Position numbers and translations under genes: made by a program. Of a stretch of DNA of 64,000 nt, positions 29,099-38,466 are shown piece after piece. The stretch's first letter is position 1. Every line of letters starts with the position of its first letter. The stretch lies in the sequence record PV593634.1; one strand, written 5' to 3'. Below the pieces are notes generated by a model that saw only the letters and a list, made by a program, of their open reading frames with translations, was not told the DNA's origin and ran no database searches.

Positions 29099-30907
29099 AT
29101 GCAATTAGTCATCTCATGTTTCCCAGGCGGTGGTAAGTCCACTATCTGTAAGGAAGCTCGCAAACTCGGCTTATTTCATGTCGATGTTAAAAAGGATGGT
29201 GAGTTGGGTGATCTCGCTCCAGAAGGTTTAGTTCCGCTGTTTGATTCAGACAGCTCGCTATTCCCTAAAGAGGCTTTCCCCCAGAACTATATCGAACACA
29301 TTAAAGGTATCTTAGAAACATACCCTGATGTGGTCATTATGGTTTCAAGCCATGATAACGTTCGTGCAGCTTTAGCCGAAGCTGGTATTGAGTTCGTACT
29401 CGCTTATCCTCAACGTGAGTTGAAGGGTGAGTATATCGAACGTTACAAAGGACGTGGTTCACCGGAAGCATTTGTTGACCTTATGGAAAACAAGTGGAAC
29501 GATTTCATTACTTCTGCCGAATCAGATCCTAACCAAACACACCTTGTTATTGGTGAAGGTAAATACCTCCTCGATGTTGTCAAAGAGAAGATCGATGAAG
29601 TGGTGTTGACCTCGGATGCCAAACAGAGAAAAATTGAAGGCTTCGAATCTATGGGTGACATTATCCGTACTTCCGATGGCCGCACTTTTGACTCAAGCTC
29701 CTCTGACTCTATGCAGGAGTATTACAAACATAAGGAATCACTTATGGAACCGATAGATACTGTTTCAGCTATCGTGGATGTTAATGCCGATACTGGTGTA
29801 GCTGGTGATGTTGTTGCTGAACCAACTGGCGGTGTTGTAGTACCTGTTATTAATGAACCTGCTAACCCAGTTAACGATGATCAACCAAACGTCGCACAAC
29901 CTGCTGTAGACGCTTCTACCGTAGATGACTCAGCAATGGATCACTCTGAACTGGTTGAAGCTCACTTCGAAGTTGCAGAAGACGTTGAAGGTATCGAACT
30001 GGTACTGCGTCAAGCAGCTATCCCAGAACTGGCTGGTAACGAAGCTTTTGCTGACGGTAGTGATATGTTGGTCTCTGCCGCGGCACACATCCATACTCGT
30101 TATGGTGCGGTTGTTGAACCAACTCTTGCTGGGATGGAAGGTTTCCTGGATAAACTGAAAACTCTCTTTGATGTCACTAAAGAGAAGTTTAAGAAGAAGT
30201 CCGAGAAGAAGGGTAAAATTCAGAAGTACGTTTCCGAAGCTGAGAAAGCAGTTAATGAGTACAAGTCTGACGCTTGGATTAACAAGCAAGAACTCATCAA
30301 CGTAGGGAAGGTTAAACTCCAGGCTCCCGAATTGCTGGCAACAGTTAATACCCCAGGCGATATCAAAACGATCATCGATCTGATCACCAAGCAAACCGTT
30401 ACCGCTTTCGATAAACACTTGGCTAATGACAAAGCTCGTATTGTCGCTGCCACGAAAGCATTCAACAAAGTTAAGAACCTGGGTGCCGACGCTCCTATTT
30501 CTAAACTGGAAGAACTTCTTCCTATCAAGCCTGAAGAAATGGAAGGCGGTCCTAAAGACGCTGGTCTTCGTGATCTGAAACTTTCACTGAAAGCTATCGA
30601 AGTTCCGGTATTGAATAAGGACGGGATTAAAGAAGCCTGTGCTATTCTGGACAGTATGCTTGATGAAGTTGCTGGGTTCTTCAAGAAAGAAGATTCTCTC
30701 GATGATACTCATATCAGCGAAGATGATTGGTGGGATTCCGAATACCTGGAAGAACACATGCAAACCAGCGCCGCTCGTCAGTTGTGGGATGCGGGTACTT
30801 ACTATAGCGATATCCCAGAATACGCTAAGATCGATGAAGAGTACGGTAAGTTAATTCTCGCTGTCGGTAAGTTCCTTGAGAGCTGGATTCTCAAATCAAC
30901 TAAGTAA
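29099..30907 (+). CDS. P-loop NTPase/kinase-like domain fused to a phiKZ-type head protein
   Basis: N-terminal VISCFPGGGKST Walker A with DSDSS and VSSH motifs; acidic linker; AGNE/AGME motifs; C-terminal domain paralogous to 30917. ATG at 29099; the track start is TTG at 29063. Confidence 0.7.
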   Translation: MQLVISCFPGGGKSTICKEARKLGLFHVDVKKDGELGDLAPEGLVPLFDSDSSLFPKEAFPQNYIEHIKGILETYPDVVIMVSSHDNVRAALAEAGIEFVLAYPQRELKGEYIERYKGRGSPEAFVDLMENKWNDFITSAESDPNQTHLVIGEGKYLLDVVKEKIDEVVLTSDAKQRKIEGFESMGDIIRTSDGRTFDSSSSDSMQEYYKHKESLMEPIDTVSAIVDVNADTGVAGDVVAEPTGGVVVPVINEPANPVNDDQPNVAQPAVDASTVDDSAMDHSELVEAHFEVAEDVEGIELVLRQAAIPELAGNEAFADGSDMLVSAAAHIHTRYGAVVEPTLAGMEGFLDKLKTLFDVTKEKFKKKSEKKGKIQKYVSEAEKAVNEYKSDAWINKQELINVGKVKLQAPELLATVNTPGDIKTIIDLITKQTVTAFDKHLANDKARIVAATKAFNKVKNLGADAPISKLEELLPIKPEEMEGGPKDAGLRDLKLSLKAIEVPVLNKDGIKEACAILDSMLDEVAGFFKKEDSLDDTHISEDDWWDSEYLEEHMQTSAARQLWDAGTYYSDIPEYAKIDEEYGKLILAVGKFLESWILKSTK

Positions 30908-30916
30908 GGTAATAAA

Positions 30917-31981
30917 ATGTCGTTATTAAATATCTTCGGCCAAATCGCCGGAAAGGAAAACCAGGAACCAACCGAGGTAATTGTGGAAGTGGTTCCTTCT
31001 GTTGAGGCTGAACCATCACGACCAGAGATCCTCGAAATGATGATCGATGTAAGTGAAGACCTGGAAGCCATTGAAGGAGTTATCGTTAAATCTCAGGATC
31101 CTGAGTTAGCCGGTAACGAAGCCTTCGCTGATAACAGTGAAATGCTGGTAGGTGCTGTAGCCGATATCAAAGAACGATATGGTGCCGACGTAGAACCTAC
31201 CTTAGCCGGTATGGAAGGTTTCTTCACCGTACTGAAAAACATGTTCGATGGGCTCAGTAAGAAGTCTGAGAAGAAAGTCCAAGAGACTCTCGAATACATC
31301 TATAACGCTGACAAGATCATTGCCGGTTATGCTAAACCTGAATTCCTGAATGGTAAGACATTCAAAGAAGGTGACGTCACCGTTAGTGCTCCTGCTGGGT
31401 TGGGTAAAACTCCTACTCTCAAAGATGCTCTGGCCGCAATTAACAAAGTAGCCGATGCTGCAGATAAAGACGCCAAGAAAATTGGTGAGAACGATCTGAA
31501 ACATACTCAGCAAGCTCTGCGTATTTTCAACAAGTATGCTAAGCACGCTCCTGTTAGCGAAGAAGAAGCTGAAGAGTTACTGGAGAAAGAGTTCCCGATC
31601 AAACCAGAACAGGCAGATCATCCTGATCGTGACATGTACGACAAACTACTGGACATCAAACCTGTTCCAGTAACCGTACCTGCTCTTGATGAAGCTGGCG
31701 TTAAAGAAGCTGTAGAAGTTCTTAATAAGTTCATTGGACGCTTTAAGAAGATCTGGGCTTACTACGAAGCTATCGATAAGTTGTCTCTGGATCATGGAGA
31801 AATGGCTGATTCTAAGTTCTGGGACGCTGCTTGGGAAACCGACGCGTGCGAACAGCTGAACGATGGTCTGTACTTCCAGTCATCTACTCGCAACATCGAC
31901 ATCGTCGTTGATGCTTACGGTGATGTTGTAATGCCAGTTGCCAAGTTCCTTGAGAGCTGGATCTTGAACTCAATTAAATAA
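30917..31981 (+). CDS. phiKZ-type head (internal) protein, paralog of the preceding C-terminal domain
   Basis: Acidic propeptide with AGKE/AGNE/AGME motifs matching the S/A/G-x-E prohead-protease consensus; shared end KFLESWIL.S.K. Confidence 0.7.
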   Translation: MSLLNIFGQIAGKENQEPTEVIVEVVPSVEAEPSRPEILEMMIDVSEDLEAIEGVIVKSQDPELAGNEAFADNSEMLVGAVADIKERYGADVEPTLAGMEGFFTVLKNMFDGLSKKSEKKVQETLEYIYNADKIIAGYAKPEFLNGKTFKEGDVTVSAPAGLGKTPTLKDALAAINKVADAADKDAKKIGENDLKHTQQALRIFNKYAKHAPVSEEEAEELLEKEFPIKPEQADHPDRDMYDKLLDIKPVPVTVPALDEAGVKEAVEVLNKFIGRFKKIWAYYEAIDKLSLDHGEMADSKFWDAAWETDACEQLNDGLYFQSSTRNIDIVVDAYGDVVMPVAKFLESWILNSIK

Positions 31982-31999
31982 TCAAAGAAAACTAAAGCC

Positions 32000-32030
32000 G
32001 GGAATAGATTGTTCAAAGCAGTCTATTCCC
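32000..32030 (+). terminator. stem-loop
   Basis: GGGAATAGA...TCTATTCCC followed by TTT. Confidence 0.55.
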
Positions 32031-32054
32031 TTTATAACAACAAGGATTTATTAA

Positions 32055-32864
32055 ATGGCCCGTAACGCTGACATTCGCCTTTACCTGGTTAAGCAATTCC
32101 CTTATGCATCGCTGCGTGACTTCCTCGCCGCTGCAGAGCAGATCGAGAAAGGAATCAAACAAACCCTTACTGGTGGGTTTACTTTACCTTCTACCTTTGC
32201 TGCTATCGATTTTATTAAGTACATGGGTGATTCTAAATCCATGGGCTTTACAGTACGTACCCCTACCAAGTTCACCAACGAACTGGGGGATATGGAATTT
32301 ACCGTTGCTAGTTTAGCTGCGTTCATTGACGAGCTTAAAGTAATGGTATTCTTACGTGATATGGGTGGCGCTAACTTTGGTCAAGTTGTTATCCCTCCTA
32401 ATGACGATATCATGTATTCATTCGGTCACGAAAGTGACATGTACAATATCTTTAACGCCGAACTGTTCTCCTGCCTGACTCGCCGTTTCCAAAACCGTGG
32501 TCGTCGTGGCTGTGATAATGACTATCACTTCGAACTGAAGTTCCCTCTGGATTTAGTGCCAGTTAACGTGTCAATCAAAGATATCAGCTTCCGAGATGAT
32601 AAGGTTTACTTCCGTCTGTTTATTGATACCGAGATCATGCACAACGCTTTAGGTGGTCAATATGTATTTACGGCACCTGTGAACAATGGGCAAATCCCCG
32701 TTGATATCAAACGCCCTAAACCTGTGATCACTTTACACAGGAGTCCAGAGATTGATGTTACCCCTACCCCTATTGTAGTGGAAACAATGAATAAGGATGT
32801 TCTTGCTAAAGTAGAAGAACAGAAGGTTGGTTTATTGAAACGTTTCATTAACAAGTTCTTCTAA
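32055..32864 (+). CDS. hypothetical protein
   Basis: 269 aa, AAGGA RBS, bounded by hairpins. Confidence 0.6.
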   Translation: MARNADIRLYLVKQFPYASLRDFLAAAEQIEKGIKQTLTGGFTLPSTFAAIDFIKYMGDSKSMGFTVRTPTKFTNELGDMEFTVASLAAFIDELKVMVFLRDMGGANFGQVVIPPNDDIMYSFGHESDMYNIFNAELFSCLTRRFQNRGRRGCDNDYHFELKFPLDLVPVNVSIKDISFRDDKVYFRLFIDTEIMHNALGGQYVFTAPVNNGQIPVDIKRPKPVITLHRSPEIDVTPTPIVVETMNKDVLAKVEEQKVGLLKRFINKFF

Positions 32865-32869
32865 TAACT

Positions 32870-32900
32870 CTCCTACCTTCCTTCGGGGAGGTAGGGGTTT
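32870..32900 (+). terminator. intrinsic terminator
   Basis: CTCCTACCTTCC-TTCG-GGGAGGTAGGGG followed by TTTT. Confidence 0.8.
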
Positions 32901-32913
32901 TATTATATACTCA

Positions 32914-32948
32914 TTTATTTTTGGGTAGATATTATCCTTATGTAAAAC
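32914..32948 (+). promoter_or_regulatory. putative phage early promoter
   Basis: TTTATTTTTGGGTAGATATTATCCTTATGTAAAAC; shares AGATATTATC-N3-ATGTAAAA with 23476. Confidence 0.55.
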
Positions 32949-32976
32949 TAAATCATTTAACTTAGAAGGATGTAAC

Positions 32977-33021
32977 ATGTTTAATCAAATCACTATTGAA
33001 GAAATTAGATACTATAGTTGA
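32977..33021 (+). CDS. 14-codon leader ORF (MFNQITIEEIRYYS)
   Basis: First ATG after the promoter, with AAGGA RBS; its TGA overlaps the GAGG RBS of the HTH gene. Confidence 0.3.
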   Translation: MFNQITIEEIRYYS

Positions 33022-33028
33022 GGTTGGT

Positions 33029-33304
33029 ATGGTTCCTAAACCGAACACTGAAAGGATTCAAAAGCAATTCATAAGCGTCATGCAGAAATACATTGCCAGA
33101 CGTTTAACACAGGGAATTACCAGAACTGATTTAGGTAAAGAACTGGGTATCTCTTCAGCCACATTGATTAACCTTATTAATAAAGGTGGTCAAGGTGTTG
33201 GTTTGGAATCCCTGATCAATATGCTAAGTCGTGCAGGTGGTGAAGTTAATGTAACTATAACTCTGATGCATTTCGCCTCAGAACAAATCTACAAACATAA
33301 TTAA
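33029..33304 (+). CDS. XRE/Cro-like helix-turn-helix protein
   Basis: GITRTDLGKELGISSATLINLIN...VGLESLINML; ATG at 33029 after GAGG (track start TTG at 32996). Confidence 0.75.
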   Translation: MVPKPNTERIQKQFISVMQKYIARRLTQGITRTDLGKELGISSATLINLINKGGQGVGLESLINMLSRAGGEVNVTITLMHFASEQIYKHN

Positions 33305-33316
33305 GAGGGTTGTATT

Positions 33317-34474
33317 GTGTCCAAGAAAAAGAAAGTAACTCGTGGTAACCCAGATCCGGCAGCTCGTATCAATAAAGCAATGAATAAAGCTTGGGGCGAA
33401 AGTATCGGTGGTATCTTCCAATCTAATCCGGTATCTGTTGATTTAAATGCAGGTATGAATACTGCATTGGAGGAAATGAATTCCGCCCCTGCATTCCAAG
33501 CAATCCCTTTTGTAATTCGTCCGGTTAAAACGGAAGTGACCATCAAAGACATTGATAATGCTTTCCTGGGAAATGCTCAAGCAGATCCAGTTACACACTT
33601 TAACCATAACCCATTCGTTACTGAAGTTTGGGTAGAACGTCAAGGCTGGCGTTTTAAAGATCCGTACTTAGTTCGTTTGAAAGACGGTACGGAGATCGAA
33701 GGCTATCCTAACGGTGGTGGTTTCTCGTTATCCGATAACCGTATAGTGGAAGATGAAGAAGTGACACATCTGAAACTATTACAGAACCCTGACTTCCGTC
33801 GTGCTTTCAATGGTGCTCGTAAATTGGTACGTCAATTCGAGTTCTTCGGTACTCGTTACCCAGCGTGGGTCGATAATCGTTTTGTTAAACTGGAAGATCT
33901 CCCAGAAGGTTATCGCTTTGAACCGGTTGAGGTTTATGCGTATCGCGATAAAGAGAAGAACGTTAAAGTGTTAATCTCTAAAGCGAATATCGTTGAGGAA
34001 CATTCAGGCGCTCCTCGTTTAACCGATATCCTGGAATACGCTAATGATCCACACTTCTGGTGGGACGAAGATTCTCAGATCCTGAACCATGACGATATCC
34101 AACGTGCCATCCGTCATGTCTATTTGGCTCGTGAACACTATAAGGTTAATTTTGAAGAAGCTAAGTGGTTAGATGAGTTCTGCATGAAGCACAACATGCA
34201 TATGTGGAAATCTGTTCGCCATATTTTAGTCCAAGCTCTTGGGAAAGAAGGGAAGGAAGTATTCACTCAGATATTTACCCCAACCGTTGACCAAGGTCCT
34301 TCTATTCTGGATGCCGTTCTCCCACTATCTATGTCAGATAGCCAAAAGAAAAGAGAGATCCTTAATGAACTCCGTGGATCTAAATCCGCTTACGACGGAA
34401 ATCCGTTCACGATGAAGTTGATCAACACGCTCCAGAATCCAGAGCAGCTTCCGTCTTACTTGAAAGGATTATAA
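33317..34474 (+). CDS. hypothetical protein
   Basis: 385 aa, GTG start after GAGG. Confidence 0.65.
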   Translation: MSKKKKVTRGNPDPAARINKAMNKAWGESIGGIFQSNPVSVDLNAGMNTALEEMNSAPAFQAIPFVIRPVKTEVTIKDIDNAFLGNAQADPVTHFNHNPFVTEVWVERQGWRFKDPYLVRLKDGTEIEGYPNGGGFSLSDNRIVEDEEVTHLKLLQNPDFRRAFNGARKLVRQFEFFGTRYPAWVDNRFVKLEDLPEGYRFEPVEVYAYRDKEKNVKVLISKANIVEEHSGAPRLTDILEYANDPHFWWDEDSQILNHDDIQRAIRHVYLAREHYKVNFEEAKWLDEFCMKHNMHMWKSVRHILVQALGKEGKEVFTQIFTPTVDQGPSILDAVLPLSMSDSQKKREILNELRGSKSAYDGNPFTMKLINTLQNPEQLPSYLKGL

Positions 34475-34842
34475 TGAAAGGTGTGATCCGTGGTAATTCA
34501 AAGGTTGCCTTAACTGGCAGCCTTACTATAACTAGTGACATCGAACAGAAACAGTCCGATGCTCATCAAGATCAACTCGTTATCTTCAGACTTAAACAGG
34601 AGTATCCTGAATTCGATTTACGTGTCTTTGCTACAATCGTTTCTACCATTGCAGTGCAAGACGGATTCCGAGTACCTCTGGAAACATTCAGAGAGTTAGT
34701 TAGAAAAGAACTGTTGAAACTGGTCACGGTTATCTTCCCCGATCACGCATTCAACGAACGTACCAACGTACACACTTTGTACGAAACCGTCTTCCAATTC
34801 CTGGAAGACCGTGATAACAAAATTAAAGCATATAAGGGTTAA
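34474..34842 (+). CDS. hypothetical protein
   Basis: 122 aa, TAATG coupling. Confidence 0.6.
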   Translation: MKGVIRGNSKVALTGSLTITSDIEQKQSDAHQDQLVIFRLKQEYPEFDLRVFATIVSTIAVQDGFRVPLETFRELVRKELLKLVTVIFPDHAFNERTNVHTLYETVFQFLEDRDNKIKAYKG

Positions 34843-34845
34843 CAA

Positions 34846-35613
34846 ATGAATAAGATCATTCCTGGTAAAGAAGTAATCCTGCTGTCTGACGAATCAATGA
34901 AAGTAGTTGAAGATTTAATCGCAAATCCTCCAACACCTTCTGCCAAACTGCGTGAGTTGATGAATCGTCCTCAACGTGCTAAGATCTCCGATGTTCTATT
35001 CCTTAACCCGGTTCCCAAACACGATAACGATAATCGTACCTTTATGTCTATCGTTAAAGATCGTCGTGGTGGCACAGGGCACATGTCACTTAGCGTGTTA
35101 GCTCCCGCTGACCCGTCTTATAAACCTCTGTTGGATGTCGGTGTACCGATAGCAATGGCTCAGAAATTAAACCTCCAGCTGATGGTCGAGCACTTCATGA
35201 CTGATCGTGAAGGTAGTTTTAAAGATGCTATTAAAGAAATGGCGGGTCGCATTAAACTCAATCGCGGTAACTGGTGTGCTGAGGTTTCCAATCCAATGAA
35301 ACCAGGTGCTAAAGTCTGGGGAGAACGCATTGAAGGTTACATACAGTTGGCCGTGTACCAGAACTTCCTTAAACAAGGTCTGTACGAACATGCTGCCTTT
35401 AAACGTATGCAGGAGCTTAAGGAAGATATCAAGTTCTATGCTGACGCGTTAAACCGCGATATTGAAATTAAGAACGAAGGCGATAAGATTCACTGGCTTA
35501 CCTGGGGTACCCTGACTCTACACGTAGTCAGTCCGTTCCTGGATCGTGGTGTTGTTGATCATTCTAAAATCGTCTTCTTTTATGAAACCAAAGCCAAACT
35601 TAACCTGAGCTAA
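34846..35613 (+). CDS. hypothetical protein
   Basis: 255 aa in a tight operon. Confidence 0.6.
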   Translation: MNKIIPGKEVILLSDESMKVVEDLIANPPTPSAKLRELMNRPQRAKISDVLFLNPVPKHDNDNRTFMSIVKDRRGGTGHMSLSVLAPADPSYKPLLDVGVPIAMAQKLNLQLMVEHFMTDREGSFKDAIKEMAGRIKLNRGNWCAEVSNPMKPGAKVWGERIEGYIQLAVYQNFLKQGLYEHAAFKRMQELKEDIKFYADALNRDIEIKNEGDKIHWLTWGTLTLHVVSPFLDRGVVDHSKIVFFYETKAKLNLS

Positions 35614-35625
35614 GAGGTAATAACC

Positions 35626-36615
35626 ATGTCAATGAAAGACAAGCCTTTGCCGTCTGATAATGACTTCGTTAAAGTGGTCGCCTTCAAGACCGACGTCCCT
35701 AACGCTAATGGCGTTGTATACCCTAAAGAAGTAGTGGAGAAAGCAATGCAAGCTCGTAAAGAAATTAAAGCTGGTAACCCAATCGTTAACCGTGCTCTGG
35801 AAGGTGGTTACACTCGTGACCAGGTTCAGATGGATTTCGCATTCAACTCCAAGCATGGCTCTATGGGTTCTGGTAACACGTTGTACCGTGAGCTTACCAA
35901 GTCCCTGTTTGATAACTTGGTCAGAGCGGATCAAGATAGTTGGATCATCACGGAAGACACATGCAAAGCGGCTGTTAAGGAAATCTTCAACATCGAACTG
36001 GAAAACGGTTACGACAAGATTCCTAAAGCCGTTGTTATCGGTGCAATGCGCCCGTACGTTTGGTTGGACGATCGTACCAATGTAATTCCTGAAGACGGTT
36101 ATTCCGTAATGGAATTCGTAGAGTTCCTGAAAGGCATGTTCGATCTTGATCAACTTCGTGAGATGGATCCTGTTGAACGTAAAGCAATGCTGAACCATCG
36201 TACAGGTTGCTATGGTGCATTCGGTAGCCAGATAGAATCTAAGTATCTTTATCCAAATACACTGACTAGCGAATGTCGTGTACAGGGTAAGAAGATTCTG
36301 GTTGATCCTAAGTGGATGGAACAGTATAAGGAACTGTATCCTGAAGAAAACATCAAAGGAGTTGAAGCTAGCCGAGTAGCCATTATTGGCAGTGGTCGGG
36401 CAATCGGTATGGATGTAATGAAACGTCATCTTACTAATGTTGCCGTTGGTGTTCTGTCTGACATGTACATTAGTTATCCATTTGCTGATGTTGCTGAAAT
36501 CGAAGAAGACCGTCCACAAACAGTTAAAGGTAATGGACGTCAACAAATCGTTGATAATGGTAATGGCAAGTGCTGGCCTGCAGCTCGTACTCGTAAAGGA
36601 CATCGTCGTGGGTAA
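35626..36615 (+). CDS. hypothetical protein with basic C-terminal tail
   Basis: 329 aa, GAGG RBS; ends GNGKCWPAARTRKGHRRG. Confidence 0.65.
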   Translation: MSMKDKPLPSDNDFVKVVAFKTDVPNANGVVYPKEVVEKAMQARKEIKAGNPIVNRALEGGYTRDQVQMDFAFNSKHGSMGSGNTLYRELTKSLFDNLVRADQDSWIITEDTCKAAVKEIFNIELENGYDKIPKAVVIGAMRPYVWLDDRTNVIPEDGYSVMEFVEFLKGMFDLDQLREMDPVERKAMLNHRTGCYGAFGSQIESKYLYPNTLTSECRVQGKKILVDPKWMEQYKELYPEENIKGVEASRVAIIGSGRAIGMDVMKRHLTNVAVGVLSDMYISYPFADVAEIEEDRPQTVKGNGRQQIVDNGNGKCWPAARTRKGHRRG

Positions 36616-36844
36616 ACTCTTTAGTTTCGTTATGGCTGTATTTCTGTTGGCTTGCGCTACTGGTATTAGCTATTGCCTATATACTGGAGATTACTCCAGT
36701 CGTACAGATTTCGTTGGTTTAATCATCATCTCTATTATTATGGGGATACTCGGAATCTACATGTTGTTCCTTACATTCTTCGAAGACTGGATGTTAAGGA
36801 AGATGTATGGCGAGTTTTCTAATCGTAATCCCTGGGGGCGGTAA
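36608..36844 (+). CDS. small 2-TM membrane protein
   Basis: GTG at 36608 after AAGGA, inside track ORF 36437..36844; two hydrophobic segments. Confidence 0.6.
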   Translation: MGKLFSFVMAVFLLACATGISYCLYTGDYSSRTDFVGLIIISIIMGILGIYMLFLTFFEDWMLRKMYGEFSNRNPWGR

Positions 36845-37017
36845 TGAAGCACGTCAGTAAGATCTATCTAAACGGGCAGTTTGTAATGTTGCCTGGTATT
36901 CCAAGATTGGTTGGCGGTATCGTACCTTCCAATCATTCCTTCGATCTAACTAAAACCAAGGACGTTGTATTAGGTAAGAATCGTGCTTGGCCCGTTCCTA
37001 AGAAAAGAGGTCGATAA
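36844..37017 (+). CDS. 57-aa hypothetical protein (MKHVSKIYLNGQF...NRAWPVPKKRGR)
   Basis: TAATG-coupled at both ends; below the track length cut-off. Confidence 0.6.
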   Translation: MKHVSKIYLNGQFVMLPGIPRLVGGIVPSNHSFDLTKTKDVVLGKNRAWPVPKKRGR

Positions 37018-37091
37018 TGTCTATGTTAATTATGGGTGTTGTAATTATCGGTGCTTCCATTATTGAAGAACTGGTAGTTCGTAAATCGTAA
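37017..37091 (+). CDS. 24-aa hydrophobic peptide (MSMLIMGVVIIGASIIEELVVRKS)
   Basis: TAATG coupling, GAGG upstream, followed directly by a hairpin. Confidence 0.4.
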   Translation: MSMLIMGVVIIGASIIEELVVRKS

Positions 37092-37097
37092 TCCAAC

Positions 37098-37123
37098 GGG
37101 GACTGGGCTTAGGCTCAGTCTCC
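37098..37123 (+). terminator. stem-loop
   Basis: GGGGACTGGGC-TTAG-GCTCAGTCTCC followed by an AT-rich run. Confidence 0.65.
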
Positions 37124-37161
37124 ATTTATCTATATTTATTTTAAATAGTAAGGGCAATGAA

Positions 37162-37416
37162 ATGAACACATGGTGGAAACGCTTCCTGAAAGAAAACGCT
37201 TTAATCCCTCTGGGTCTGATTCTCATTCTGATTTGGGTTCCTTTAGAACTCATTGATCTCGGTATCCGCAATCCAGATCTTAAGTTCGCTTTGAACGCAA
37301 TGGCTTTAACCGGTTGTGCTTATGGTGTTTGGTTATTGTTCTGGGGATTCAAAGAGTATCTCTGGTGGAAGAAAGACACCTCCAATGGTACACAAATAGG
37401 TGGTAATCTATTATGA
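37162..37416 (+). CDS. small 2-TM membrane protein
   Basis: 84 aa with two hydrophobic helices. Confidence 0.6.
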   Translation: MNTWWKRFLKENALIPLGLILILIWVPLELIDLGIRNPDLKFALNAMALTGCAYGVWLLFWGFKEYLWWKKDTSNGTQIGGNLL

Positions 37417-37829
37417 AATTAACTGATGCTAAGATTGTTCTACCAGAATCTGGTCCTTATGAAGATCTGAACGCCAAAGCTGAAGAAGTCAGAAAGAAAG
37501 CTTCCGAAGTCGCAATGTCTTTCCTGACCGCTGATTCATACAAGGGTAAGTTGGCTCTGTTCAAAGAACATGCTGAGTACAATCACTCTAAGTTCGAATC
37601 ACTGTCCAAACGCCAGAAGAAAATCTTCATGAAGCAATATGGGCGAATGTTCGATAGACATTCTGGGAAGTTGGTAAAGTGGTTACCATGGAGTATTCGG
37701 CCAAACCATCACGAAAGCACAATGCTGGTTGTCACGTTTACAATGATCGAGCATGTCCCTAAAGCAGAGACAGATTTCATGAATGCCTGGCTTAACCATT
37801 TCCTGGAAGGAGAAAAGAAAGATGGCTGA
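37413..37829 (+). CDS. hypothetical protein
   Basis: 138 aa, ATGA overlap with upstream gene. Confidence 0.6.
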   Translation: MKLTDAKIVLPESGPYEDLNAKAEEVRKKASEVAMSFLTADSYKGKLALFKEHAEYNHSKFESLSKRQKKIFMKQYGRMFDRHSGKLVKWLPWSIRPNHHESTMLVVTFTMIEHVPKAETDFMNAWLNHFLEGEKKDG

Positions 37830-38049
37830 GAAAATACTAACAGCTATTTATTTGGTGCTGTCTATATTCGGTATCGTGTTCTCCATCTGGGGAATCTATA
37901 CCTGGTCCATTGGTGATACAATAGTACGACAAGATATCGGTGGATTACTTTGTTTCATCTTTATCTTGTGTATCTCCACATTCAGTGCTGCGGCGACTTT
38001 ATTCGGAGACGCAATCTACTCCTATCTTTGTAACATAAGTGAGAACTAA
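37822..38049 (+). CDS. small 2-TM membrane protein
   Basis: ATG at 37822 after AAGGAG, inside track ORF 37783..38049. Confidence 0.6.
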   Translation: MAEKILTAIYLVLSIFGIVFSIWGIYTWSIGDTIVRQDIGGLLCFIFILCISTFSAAATLFGDAIYSYLCNISEN

Positions 38050-38283
38050 ATGGTCATTGAAGATCAAACGTTAGCGTTAATCGTTAACCTCATTATCATA
38101 ACGGGGATGTCCGTACTTAACTGTATGTGTAACTTTGGGCGTTATCAGTATCAGCTCGTTAAAGCAGAAGGCATTGCTATTAAACAAAGAAAGGCAGCTA
38201 TATCTTTCTATACCCGCTGCATTGTTGGGTTCGTGTTTTACATCATCATTGTAGCGGCTCTCTTACACTTCGGTCCAGTATAA
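38050..38283 (+). CDS. small 2-TM membrane protein
   Basis: 77 aa with two hydrophobic helices. Confidence 0.6.
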   Translation: MVIEDQTLALIVNLIIITGMSVLNCMCNFGRYQYQLVKAEGIAIKQRKAAISFYTRCIVGFVFYIIIVAALLHFGPV

Positions 38284-38291
38284 GGTTCAAC

Positions 38292-38432
38292 ATGCCAAGT
38301 ACATCAGAGAAACAAGCTAAGTTCATGCGTGCTGTTGCTCACTCTCCAGAGTTCGCCAAGAAAGTTGGTGTTCCTCAGGAAGTAGGTAAAGAGTTTAACG
38401 ACGCTGACAAAGCACAGGAAAAGAAAAACTAA
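38292..38432 (+). CDS. 46-aa conserved phage microprotein (MPSTSEKQAKFMRAVAHSPEFAKKVGVPQEVGKEFNDADKAQEKKN)
   Basis: AAGG RBS, followed by a terminator; I recall this MPS.S.KQ..FM.AVAH family from other phages; missing from the track. Confidence 0.75.
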   Translation: MPSTSEKQAKFMRAVAHSPEFAKKVGVPQEVGKEFNDADKAQEKKN

Positions 38433-38436
38433 CTGG

Positions 38437-38466
38437 AGAGTGTATCCTTCGGGGTACACTCTTTTT
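38437..38466 (+). terminator. intrinsic terminator
   Basis: AGAGTGTATCC-TTCG-GGGTACACTCT followed by TTTT. Confidence 0.85.

Noticed and set aside
35629-36603. 324-aa antisense ORF fully overlapping 35626..36615
   Set aside because: It is codon-in-register with the sense gene, so it stays open simply because that gene avoids TTA/CTA/TCA; no convincing RBS and the composition is not protein-like.
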